From: an uncultured Chloroflexia bacterium
GTDB lineage: Bacteria > Chloroflexota > Limnocylindria > Limnocylindrales > CSP1-4
Direction of reading: 5' to 3'
Assembly: GCA_963813335.1 (NCBI GenBank)
Contig: CAWEYL010000001.1
Location: 608,001-672,000, forward strand
DNA: 64,000 nucleotides
This document shows, one piece after another, positions 1-9,605 of this stretch; the first letter of the stretch is position 1; each line of letters starts with the position of its first letter. The notes under the pieces were generated by a model. That model had not been told where the DNA came from and searched no databases. It saw only the letters and a list, made by a program, of their open reading frames with translations. Position numbers and translations under genes: made by a program.

Positions 1-217
1 GACCCGCTGGGCGGCCTACCTCGAGCCGCTGCCCGAGCACCTGCGCGACGACGAGCTGGCCCCGCTCCGCCGGACGGCGCTGCGGGCACGGGCCGCCTAC
101 GGCCCGAAGGACTCGGTGCGCGACGCACTGCCGGAGTCGCTGACCGAGCCGTTCCTCGTCGCGATCGACCGGCTGATCCGCGAGCTCAACCGCGAGGCGC
201 ACCGGGCCAGGGGATGA
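1..217 (+). CDS. Hypothetical protein, 3' end only (5' partial)
   Basis: Frame from base 2 reads TRWAAYLEPLPEHLRDDELAPLRR...LIRELNREAHRARG with GC-rich third positions; TGA at 215-217. Confidence 0.65.
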   Translation, partial: TRWAAYLEPLPEHLRDDELAPLRRTALRARAAYGPKDSVRDALPESLTEPFLVAIDRLIRELNREAHRARG

Positions 218-674
218 GGCGCCGGGTCCGCGTCCGGTACGCCGGATAGTCGGGGAACCGGTCGACGAGCCACGCTTCCTCGCGCATCGACTTGACCGTG
301 AAGAACCCCCAGACGACGGCCGCCATGACCAGCGCCGGGATCGACGCGGTCACCAGCGCCCAGCCGAGGGACGCCAGGACGATGCCGCCGTAGATGGGAT
401 GACGGACCCACCGGTAGACACCGGTCTGGACGAGCGCCGCGTCGGCGCGCGGATGGGGGAACGGGGTCAACGCGTTGCCGAGGTCGAGCGTGCCACGGAT
501 GGCGAGGACGGCGCCCGCACCGATGAGCGCCGCGCCCAGGACGGCGCACGCCACCCTGGCCGCGCCGTCCCACGCGGGGCCGAGCGACCCAGCGGCGGCC
601 GTCAGGACGAGGAGCACCCCCTGGGCGACGACCCAGCCCTCACCGCGCGAACCAAGAGCTGGGAGCCGGGACAT
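186..674 (-). CDS. Isoprenylcysteine carboxyl methyltransferase / PEMT family membrane protein
   Basis: Motifs LVQTGVYRWVRHPIY and REEAWLVDRFPDYPAYRTRTRRLIP; hydrophobic helices. Confidence 0.88.
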   Translation of the reverse strand: MSRLPALGSRGEGWVVAQGVLLVLTAAAGSLGPAWDGAARVACAVLGAALIGAGAVLAIRGTLDLGNALTPFPHPRADAALVQTGVYRWVRHPIYGGIVLASLGWALVTASIPALVMAAVVWGFFTVKSMREEAWLVDRFPDYPAYRTRTRRLIPWPGAPRG

Positions 675-678
675 GCCG

Positions 679-2334
679 TCATCCTAGCGACCGACCGCCG
701 GCGGGATCTGCATCGTGGAGCGGTCCTCCCCGATCCCTAGCTCGTCCGGGCGAGAACGCCTCCAGCAGGAACGGCGACGGCGCCGCGGGGTCGTACAGGA
801 GCGTCAGCGACCGGCGCGCCCGCGTCCACGCGACGTAGGCGAGGCGTCGCTCCTCCTCGTACGCCCGCAGCGGGTCGGCGGCGGCCTCGACCGCACGGGC
901 GCTCGGGAAGCGGGCGGCATCCATGCCGAGGACGACGACATGGTCGAACTCGAGGCCCTTGGTCGCGTGCGCCGTCGCCAGGGTCAGGGGCGCGTCGTCC
1001 CGGCGCAGGTCGGCCAGGCGCCGTCGGCCATCGTCCACCGCCGCGCGGAACGCCTCGAACCCGGGGTACGCCGCTGCCCAGGCCAGCATCGCGGTCGCGA
1101 GCCCGAGGTCCGGCGACGCGGTCGCGGCGGCGCGGTCCCGGAGGACCCCAAGCGCGGGGAGGAGCGGTCGGCCGGCGGCGACCAGCGTCCCCGCCTCCGT
1201 CAGCAGTCCATCGAGCGCCGGGTCCTCGAGCGGCAGCGCGAGCCGCGGCGCCCGGAACGGGCGGTCGAGCGCGATCGCCACCACGACCGCGGGGATCAGC
1301 TCGCGGTTGGTCCGGGCGAGGACCGCCTGGGTCGAGGCGTCGTCGGGCCACGACCCCATGACCCGCTGCAGCCGGACGGCGTCGTCGTCGCCGTCGGGTG
1401 CCAGGACGAGCCGCCCCTCGGCCGCCGGCCCGGCCCGGATCCGCTTGGCGAACCGTTCGCGGTTGCAGGCGACCAGGCGGACCGCGCGCTCGACGACCGG
1501 CGCCGGGCAGCGGTAGTTGACCTCGAGGTCGATGCGCCGCAGGCCCGCCAGGTGCGCGTCGAGTCCGAGGACGCGCCGGACGTCGGCGAGCCGCCAGCCG
1601 TAGATCGACTGGTCGTCGTCGCCGACAAGGAGGATCCGGTCGGCCGGCGCCGCGAGGAGGAGCGCCAGGCGCAGCTGGGCGCGGTCAACGTCCTGCACCT
1701 CGTCGACCAGCAGGTGGGCGCAGCGGTCCCGCCAGAACGCGAGGCGAGTCGCGTCCGCCTCGAGGAGCGCGATCGCCCGCAACACGAGGTCGTCGAAGTC
1801 CATCTGGCGGCGGGCGGCCATCGCCCCCTCGTAGGCGACGAAGGTCCGCGCGGTCGGTCCCGCACCTGGGTCGGCGGCGACGTCGCCGGCCGACACCTCC
1901 AGCTCGATCTTGAGGCGCGAGACCGCTCCGTCCAGCTCGACCAGGCGGGCCTCGTCGGCCTCGGGCTCCAGCTCGCGCAGCAGCGCCGCTCGATCGGCCA
2001 GGTCGACCTCGACCCCCGCGTCGCGGAGGATCTCCAGACCGAGGGCGTGGAACGTGCGGACGCGGACCGTGCCCGGCTCCACGCCCAACGGCGCCAGCGC
2101 GACGTCGAGGCGCTCCGCCAGCTCGACCGCGGCGCGCCGGTTGAACGTGATCGCCGCGATGGTGTCGGGCGGGACGCCGCCGTCCACCAGCCAGGCGATC
2201 CGCGCGACGAGGGTCGTCGTCTTGCCCGATCCGGCTGGCGCGACGACGAGGACCGGACCCGGCGGCGCGGTCGCCGCAGCCCGCTGGTCGGGAGCCAGTC
2301 TCGCCAGGCGGTCCGCCACCGACGCGTGGGTCAC
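679..2334 (-). CDS. UvrD/Rep/PcrA family (SF1A) DNA helicase, compact; probable 1-nt insertion near 748
   Basis: Motifs APAGSGKT, ITFNRRAA, TFHALG, LVDEVQD, VGDDDQSIYGWR, LEVNYRC, TAHATKGLEF, EERRLAYVAWTRAR. Confidence 0.92.
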   Translation of the reverse strand: MTHASVADRLARLAPDQRAAATAPPGPVLVVAPAGSGKTTTLVARIAWLVDGGVPPDTIAAITFNRRAAVELAERLDVALAPLGVEPGTVRVRTFHALGLEILRDAGVEVDLADRAALLRELEPEADEARLVELDGAVSRLKIELEVSAGDVAADPGAGPTARTFVAYEGAMAARRQMDFDDLVLRAIALLEADATRLAFWRDRCAHLLVDEVQDVDRAQLRLALLLAAPADRILLVGDDDQSIYGWRLADVRRVLGLDAHLAGLRRIDLEVNYRCPAPVVERAVRLVACNRERFAKRIRAGPAAEGRLVLAPDGDDDAVRLQRVMGSWPDDASTQAVLARTNRELIPAVVVAIALDRPFRAPRLALPLEDPALDGLLTEAGTLVAAGRPLLPALGVLRDRAAATASPDLGLATAMLAWAAAYPGFEAFRAAVDDGRRRLADLRRDDAPLTLATAHATKGLEFDHVVVLGMDAARFPSARAVEAAADPLRAYEEERRLAYVAWTRARRSLTLLYDPAAPSPFLLEAFSPGRARDRGGPLHDADPAGGRSLG

Positions 2335-2341
2335 GCCGCGC

Positions 2342-2400
2342 AGTGTCTGCGGCCACGCTCATCGCGTGCTTGCGCGCACATCAACAGACGGTCAACGGAT
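2342..2400 (-). promoter_or_regulatory. Helicase promoter: -10 GACACT plus four 11-bp-period direct repeats
   Basis: Sense strand ATCCGTTGACC/GTCTGTTGATG/TGCGCGCAAGC/ACGCGATGAGC-N9-GACACT-N7-GTG. Confidence 0.55.
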
Positions 2401-2551
2401 GGAGTTGTAACGCGTCCGAAAGGTGCGCAGGGGTTCACGGCCCGCTATCGTGGGCGGCCTACGGTCGCGACGCGCACGGGTGGGAACCGCGTCTCCGTCC
2501 CCGCCCCTCGCGCATCGGTCCGTCGTCGGTTCGAGTCGCGGAGGTGCCCAC

Positions 2552-5500
2552 GTGTCCCGATCGTCCCGCCTGTTCGTGCTGCTCAGCACGGCACTCCTGA
2601 TCGTCACCCAGCTCGGCCTGGCGTCGGCGGTCCTCGCCCATCACGACGAGTCGCCCGGGAGCGACCACGCGATCTTCTTCGCCGCCGATGGCATGCGCCA
2701 GGACGCGGTCAAGCGCTACGCCGACCAGGGCGTCATGCCCACGATGCGCTCGTTCCTGCGCAACGGCACCTACGCGTCGGGCAACGGCCTGCTGACCCAG
2801 GCGCCGCCGAACACCGGCGCGGGCTGGTACACGCTCGCGACCGGCGCATGGCCGGGTATCGCGGGCTCGACCAACAACACGTTCCACAAGTCGGGGCAGC
2901 CGTTCGCCAACCGGACGGCCGCGTTCGACCCGGGGACGCTCCAGGTCGAATCGATCGCGCAGTCGGCCGAGCGCGGCGGCCTCAAGGTCGCCCAGGTCGA
3001 GTGGGCCGGCGGTCGGAACGCCACCATCTCGGGGCCGACCATCGACTACCAGAGCTTCCTCTCCGGTCGCGGCGTCGCGACCAACTTCATCGGCACCAGC
3101 TCGGACCCGCTGTTCGATGATGTCGGGCTCATCTCGGGGCTCGGCCTGCAGTTCGACCATCCGTCCGGCTACGCCGGGCAGGCGCCCTTCCCGGGCGCGG
3201 CCCCCACCGACGCCGCCGGCTGGACCGGTGTCCCGATCTCGTACAGCCCGCCGAAGGAGATGCGCCTTCGCGTGCTCGACTTCGGCGTCGACAAGTACGG
3301 CCTCAACGCCTACATCTACGACCGCACGAACAACGGCAAGGTCGACTACGACCGTGTGCTGTTCTCCGCGTCCAAGAACGGCGCCGAGGCGGTCGCCACG
3401 CTCAAGCCCGGCCAGCTGGCCGACGTCAAGGTCAAGATCGTCGGCGGCGCGCTCGCCGGCAAGACGGCCGGGATGCTGATCAAGGTCGAGGAGCTCTCGA
3501 AGGACCTCTCGCGGGTCCGCCTGTTCCACACGTCGGTGACGCGGGCGATCGCGTCCTGGCCGACCTGGCCCGGCGAGCCGGGCTTCACCGGCGACTTCGA
3601 GGAATACCTCGCCCAGACGTTCCCGACCGCGACCGCCGCGGACTTCGCGGTCCTCGAGGCCGGCATCGTCAGCGAGGACACGTACGTCCAGCAGGGCCTC
3701 TACTGGGCGACCGGTCACCAGCCGATGCTCAAGTACGTCATGCGGACCTACAAGCCCGACCTGCTGCTGGCCGGCTTCCCGACCACGGACGAGTTCCAGC
3801 ACCAGTTCCTCGGCCTCGTGACGAAGACGCTGCCCAATGGCGCCGACAACCCGTCGTACGACGACGTGAACCTCGACGGCATCAAGGACCACCGCGTCGC
3901 CGAGCGCTCCGCCTACCTGCGGCGCGCCTACGCGGGCGCCGACGACACCCTGACCCTCGCCCGGAACCTGATGGGCCACGACCCGACGACCTTCGTCGCG
4001 TCGGACCACGGGTTCGCCCCGCAGTTCCTGGCCATCGACGCCAGCAAGGTCCTCGTCGACCTCGGCCTGCTCTCGAAGCCGCAGACGTCCAACTGCCGCC
4101 CGGCGACGGGCGAGACCATCGGCAAGGCCAAGGCCTGCTGGGCCGGCGGCACGGTCCAGATCTACCTGAACCAGGCCGGCCGCGATCCCGCCGGCGGCGG
4201 GCTCCAGCAGGTCGCCGCCGGCGACGCCGCGGCGACGGTCGCCACGATCAAGGCCGCCTTCCTGGCCCTCAGCGACCCGAACGACTGGACCCACGACAAG
4301 AACCCCGAAGGCTGGAAGGTCATCGACCGCGCCTATACGCGGGCCGAATCCAGGTACATCCCCAACGGGCCCGGCTCGACCGCGGACATGGCCCATCCGA
4401 CGCGGACCGGCGACCTCGTCGCCTTCTCCTATCCGCCCTACCAGTTCGACGCGGAGACGCCGGGGACGCTGATCGCGCCCTCGAAGTTCTTCGGCCAGCA
4501 CGGCTACGTGCCGGACGTCCAGGACCTCGACAGCAACACCAACATGCGCGCGACGTTCCTCGCCGGCGGCGAGGGGGTCGACCGCGGTTCCGTGAAGGCC
4601 CGCTCGATCGACCTGGCGCCGACGCTCGCCTACATGCTCGGGATCCCCGAGCCGCAGTACAGCCAGGGCAAGGTCCTGCTCTCGATGCTCAAGGGCGGCT
4701 CGTCGGTGAAGCCGATCTCGATCGTCGGGCTCAGCGACTTCCACGGCCAGCTCGACCCGACCACGATGACCTTCGACGGCATCGCGTCACCCGTCGGTGG
4801 CGCCGGCCAGCTGGCGACCATGTTCGACGAAGAGCTCGCCGGCCTCCCCGGACCGGGGTTGCTCCTCGCCGGCGGCGACAACGTCGGCGCGTCGCCGCCC
4901 AACTCGGCGCTCCTCGAGGACAAGCCGGCGATCGACGCCGAGAACGCCTGGGGCCTCGATGCGACGTCGTACGGCAACCATGAGTTCGACTACGGGGTGA
5001 CCCGCCTGCTGGCGCAGCAGGCCCAGGCGCATTTCCCGTTCCTTGCCACGAACATCGTCGAGACCGCGACCGGCAAGGCCCCATCGTGGGTCACGCCCTC
5101 GGTGGTCTTCACGGTCAACGGCACCAAGGTCGGCGTCATCGGCGCCGAGCTCCTGAACACGCCGGAGCTGGTCTCGGCCGGGAACACGGTCGGGCTCAAG
5201 TTCCTCCCGGAGGCGGAGCGCATCAAGGCCGAGTCGGAGCGCCTGCGCAAGCAGGGCGTGAAGGTCCAGGTCGTGGTCATCCACCAGGGCACCAACGTCG
5301 GGACGAACACGCTCGGGAACACGCCCGGGACGCCGTGGGTCGGGCCGATCATCGACATCGCCAACGCCCTCCAGTCGACGACCGTCGACGCCATGATCGT
5401 CGGCCACACCCACCGGGTCTCCAACCTGATGGTGGGCGACATCCTGGTGACCGAGGGCATCAACGCCGGGGCCACCTACTCGGTGCTCCAGCTGATGGTC

Positions 5501-6270
5501 AAGGGCGGCGACGTCGCCTGGGCCGGCGGCGCGACCCGCGTGGCGAAGGACCTCGGCGTGACGCCGCGGGCCGACGTCCAGGCGATCGTCGACGAGGCGA
5601 ACGCCGACACGGCGGTCCTCCGCAACAAGGTGATCGGCACGCAGCCGATCGATATCCGGCGCGCCCCCGACCGGCTCCACGAGTCGGCGATGGGCAACAT
5701 GGTCGCGGACGCGATGCGAGCCAAGTACCCGGGGGTCGACGCGGCCTTCACCAACTCCGGCGGCCTGCGACAGGACATCCTCGTCACCCCGCCGCTCGGC
5801 GGGCGAGGCCAGCCGGCGAGATCACCTGGGGCGAGGTGTTCGCGGTCCTGCCGTTCGGCAACCGGACCGTGATCGAGACCCTGACCGGGGCCCAGATGAC
5901 CACGGCGTTCCTCAACGGGTTCACGCCGTTCTGCGATCCGGCGTTCGCCGGCGGGACCGGCCGTTTCCCGCAGATCTCCGGTCTGCGCGGTCCAGTTCCA
6001 CTGCACCGGGACGACCCCGGTCATCGACGGGATCTGGAAGACGCCGGGCGGCGCGGGCGATCCGGGGACGCTGGTCGGCCCCGCCGACACCATCCGGTTC
6101 GTCACCAACGACTTCATGTTCACGGGCGGCGACGGCTACACCGTCTTCGCCCAGGGCACGAACGTCCTCCAGCCGGGCGACGCCCTGCTCGACGTCTCCA
6201 TCGAGTAGATCACCGCCCATTCGCCGGTCGCGCCGGTCGTGGACGGCCGAAGCATCGTCGCGGCCCGTGA
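2552..6270 (+). CDS. Secreted alkaline-phosphatase-superfamily phosphodiesterase fused to 5'-nucleotidase (3' end broken by indels near 5795-5815, 5988, 6250-6265 and TAG at 6206)
   Basis: RBS GGAGG then GTG 2552; signal peptide; ADGMR, PPNT..W.TLATG, TDEFQH, SDHG, GQHGY; then SDFHG, GGDNVG, GNHEFD, GHTH, NSGGLR; shifted frames continue [16 protein letters not shown] and [12 protein letters not shown]. Confidence 0.88.
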
Positions 6271-6295
6271 TCGGTCGCTCCCACCGTTCCGCGCC

Positions 6296-6332
6296 ACGCC
6301 GGACCCGGGCCACGCCCGGGTCCGGCGTTCTC
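6296..6332 (+). terminator. Putative intrinsic terminator hairpin
   Basis: 15-bp perfect stem ACGCCGGACCCGGGC-CAC-GCCCGGGTCCGGCGT followed by TCTC. Confidence 0.6.
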
Positions 6333-6347
6333 GTCTAGCATCGACGG

Positions 6348-8198
6348 GTGACCCCCGCCCTCGAAGCCACGCTCAAGGGACTCCCCGACCGGCCCGGCGT
6401 CTACCTCATGAAGGACGAGCGCGGCGACGTCGTCTATGTCGGCAAGGCGCAGAGCCTGCGCAACCGGGTCCGCTCGTACTGGCAGAAGGCGACGCCGGCC
6501 GGCGAGATCCACCGCATCCGCAGCGTCATCGACCGCGTGGCGGAGGTCGAGTACACGCTGACGGACTCCGTCTCGGAGGCGCTCCTCCTCGAGGCGAACC
6601 TCATCAAGCGCTTCAAGCCGCGCTTCAACGTCCGCCTCAAGGACGACAAGAGCTACCCGTACATCAAGGTGACCCTCGGCGACGACTTCCCGCGGGTCGA
6701 GCGCACGCGCAAGCTCCCCAACGACGGCAGCCGCTACTTCGGGCCGTACGCGTCGGCGACGAGCGTCGACGAATCGATGAACCTGGTCCGCCGGCTCTTC
6801 CCGTTCCGCACCTGCACCATCGACATCAGGGACGGCGAGCGCGCGCTCCAGCGGCCCTGCCTGCTGTATCACATCAAGAAGTGCCAGGGCCCCTGCATCC
6901 AGGCGATCTCGAAGGACGACTACCGCGCCGACATCGCCCAGGTGGAGCTGTTCCTCGAGGGCCGCCAGGAGACGCTGGTGACCGCGCTCCAGCGCGAGAT
7001 GGCGGCGGCCGCGGAGCGGACCGACTACGAATCGGCTGCCGCGCTGCGCGACAAGATCCGCGCGATCGAGCGGACGATGGAGAGCCAGAAGATGGCCGCG
7101 TTCGCGCGGACCGAGCTGGACCTCGTCGGCCTCGCCCGGCAGGACAACCAGGCCGCCGTCCAGCTGTTCGCGATCCGGGCCGGCAAGCTGGTCGGCCGCG
7201 ACGTCTTCCTGCTCGAGGCGGTCCGCGAGGCGGCCGACGCGGAGGTCGTCGCCAGCTTCCTCGAGCAGTACTACGCGCGCGCGACCTCCATCCCGCGCGA
7301 GGTCTACCTGCCCACGCTCACCGAGGACGTGGCCGACCTCGAGGCGTTCCTCGCCGATCGCCGCGGCGGGCCCGTCCACCTCAAGCTCGCGCAGCGCGGC
7401 GAGAAGCGCGAGCTGATGGCCCTTGCCACGCGCAATGCCGCCGAGACGCTCGCGAAGGAGCAGGCGCGCTGGCTGGTCGACCAGGGCAAGACGCTGGCGG
7501 CGCTCGAGGAGCTCGCCGACGCGCTGGGCCTGCCCGGACCGCCCGCCCGCATCGAGTGCTACGACATCAGCAACTTCCAGGGCAGCGAATCGGTCGGCAG
7601 CATGGTCGTGTTCGAGGACGGCAAGCCGCGCAGCGGCGAGTACCGCCGGTTCCGGATCAAGACGGTCGAGGGACCCAACGACTTCGCCAGCCACCAGGAG
7701 GTGCTCCGCCGCCGGTTCCGGGCGAGCCGCATCGGCCAGGAGGGGAGCGAGGAGGAGCGCCGCTGGGCGATGCCGGACCTCGTCGTCATCGACGGCGGAC
7801 GCGGCCAGGTCGCGGCGGCGAAGGTCGTTCTCGACGAGCTCGGCCTGCACGATCTCGCGGTCGTCGGCCTGGCCAAGGAGCGCGAGGAGCTGTTCCTGCC
7901 CGGCCGGTCCGACCCGGTCGTCCTCGCCGCCACCTCACCCGCGCTGTACCTCGTGCAGCGGCTCCGCGACGAGGCGCATCGCTTCGCGATCACCTATCAC
8001 CGCGACCTGCGGGCCAGGCGGACCGTCCGCTCCGCGTTCGACGACCTGCCCGGCGTCGGGCCGAAGCGCAAGCGCGAGCTGCTCAAGGTCTTCGGCTCGA
8101 TCAAGCGCGTCCGCGAGGCCCCGGTCGAGCAGATCGCCGCGGTCCCGGGCATCGGCCGCTCGCTCGCGGAGCGGATCAAGGCGACGCTCGACGCCTAG
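6348..8198 (+). CDS. uvrC: Excinuclease ABC subunit C
   Basis: GIY-YIG N-terminus PGVYLMK..YVGKA..LRNRVRSY; RIECYDISN; PDLVVIDGG.GQ; RDEAHRFA; HhH C-terminus. Confidence 0.97.
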   Translation: MTPALEATLKGLPDRPGVYLMKDERGDVVYVGKAQSLRNRVRSYWQKATPAGEIHRIRSVIDRVAEVEYTLTDSVSEALLLEANLIKRFKPRFNVRLKDDKSYPYIKVTLGDDFPRVERTRKLPNDGSRYFGPYASATSVDESMNLVRRLFPFRTCTIDIRDGERALQRPCLLYHIKKCQGPCIQAISKDDYRADIAQVELFLEGRQETLVTALQREMAAAAERTDYESAAALRDKIRAIERTMESQKMAAFARTELDLVGLARQDNQAAVQLFAIRAGKLVGRDVFLLEAVREAADAEVVASFLEQYYARATSIPREVYLPTLTEDVADLEAFLADRRGGPVHLKLAQRGEKRELMALATRNAAETLAKEQARWLVDQGKTLAALEELADALGLPGPPARIECYDISNFQGSESVGSMVVFEDGKPRSGEYRRFRIKTVEGPNDFASHQEVLRRRFRASRIGQEGSEEERRWAMPDLVVIDGGRGQVAAAKVVLDELGLHDLAVVGLAKEREELFLPGRSDPVVLAATSPALYLVQRLRDEAHRFAITYHRDLRARRTVRSAFDDLPGVGPKRKRELLKVFGSIKRVREAPVEQIAAVPGIGRSLAERIKATLDA

Positions 8199-8246
8199 GA
8201 CTCCCCGGCGGCGTCCTCGGGACGTTCCGTGTACCATCCCGCGGAC

Positions 8247-9605
8247 ATGCGAAAAGCCGGCCCCATCCTCATCGTCCTGATCGGCGTCATCGCCCTCATC
8301 ATCAACTTCTTCCCGAACCTGACCGTCCCGGACAGCACGTCCGCGAGCGGGAGCCGCCCGATCGAGACGAAGCTGGGTCTCGACCTGTCCGGCGGCCTGC
8401 GCGTCGAGTACCAGGCGCAGACGGTCAACGGCACGTCGCCGACCGGCGCGGACATGGCGATCATCAAGGACATCATCGAGCGCCGGGTGAACACGACCGG
8501 CGTCTCCGAGCCCGTGGTCGTCACCCAGGGCAGCGACCGGATCGTGGTCGAGCTGCCGGGCGTCACCGACCCGGACGCGGTCCGTCGCCTCGTCGGCCAG
8601 ACCGGCCGCCTCGACTTCGTCCCGCTCGGCCAGGCGACCGCTACCGAGGGCCAGGTCCTCGACCTCGCGAAGACGCCGCCGCTGTTCAGCGGCGACCAGG
8701 TCGCGTCGGCCTCGATCGGCAACGACCAGCAAGGCGGGCTGACCGTCAACTTCGTGCTCAAGGACGACGGCGCCAAGCGCTTCGCCACCTTCACGAGCGA
8801 CCACGTCGGCGACTACTTCGCGATCACCCTCGACTCGGCGGTGATCTCGGCGCCGCGCATCAACGAGGCGATCCCGGGCGGGAATGTCCAGATCACCGCC
8901 GGCGGCATCGGCGGGTTCCCCGCGAAGGAAGCGAACAACCTCGTCACGATCCTGAAGTTCGGCTCTCTGCCATTCCCGATCCTCGAGCTCTCGAGCGAGC
9001 GGATCAGCGCGACCCTGGGATCCCAGTTCCTGAACCAGAGCCTGATGGCCGGCGCGCTGGGCATCCTGATGGTGATGCTCTTCATGGTCATCTACTACCG
9101 GGCGATCGGCCTGGTCGCCTGCTTCGCCCTCGGCTACTACACGCTGGTGGTGCTGGCGATCTTCCGGCTCATCCCGGTCACCCTCACGCTCGCCGGCATC
9201 GCGGGCTTCGTGCTCTCGGTCGGCATGGCCGTCGACGCGAACATCCTGATCTTCGAGCGGATGAAGGAAGAGCTGCGCCTCGGCAAGTCGCTGCCCTCCG
9301 CGGTGGAGGCCGGCTTCAACCGGGCCTGGAACTCGATCCTCGACTCGAACGTGTCGAGCCTGATCACCGCCACCATCCTGTACGCCTTCGGCTCGTCCAC
9401 GATCCGCGGCTTCGCGCTGGTCCTGATCATCGGCGTCCTCACGTCGATGTTCAGCGCCATCGTGGTGACCCGCTCGATCATGCGGGTCATGGTCCGCCAG
9501 CCGTGGGCGAGGCGCGCCTCGTTCTACGGCCTGCGCGACGAGGAGTTCGTGACCCGCGAGCCGATGGGCCGGCCATCCAGCCGCCGCGGAGCCGCCGGTG
9601 TTTGA
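8247..9605 (+). CDS. secD: Protein translocase subunit SecD
   Basis: KLGLDLSGG, IERRVN..GVSEP, ISAPRI, GMAVDANILIFER; ATG at 8247. Confidence 0.96.
   Translation: MRKAGPILIVLIGVIALIINFFPNLTVPDSTSASGSRPIETKLGLDLSGGLRVEYQAQTVNGTSPTGADMAIIKDIIERRVNTTGVSEPVVVTQGSDRIVVELPGVTDPDAVRRLVGQTGRLDFVPLGQATATEGQVLDLAKTPPLFSGDQVASASIGNDQQGGLTVNFVLKDDGAKRFATFTSDHVGDYFAITLDSAVISAPRINEAIPGGNVQITAGGIGGFPAKEANNLVTILKFGSLPFPILELSSERISATLGSQFLNQSLMAGALGILMVMLFMVIYYRAIGLVACFALGYYTLVVLAIFRLIPVTLTLAGIAGFVLSVGMAVDANILIFERMKEELRLGKSLPSAVEAGFNRAWNSILDSNVSSLITATILYAFGSSTIRGFALVLIIGVLTSMFSAIVVTRSIMRVMVRQPWARRASFYGLRDEEFVTREPMGRPSSRRGAAGV

Noticed and set aside
6206-6208. In-frame TAG as pyrrolysine or stop readthrough
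   Set aside because: Lies in an indel-rich stretch, one base from TAC; TAG ends many other genes here; no pyl genes seen
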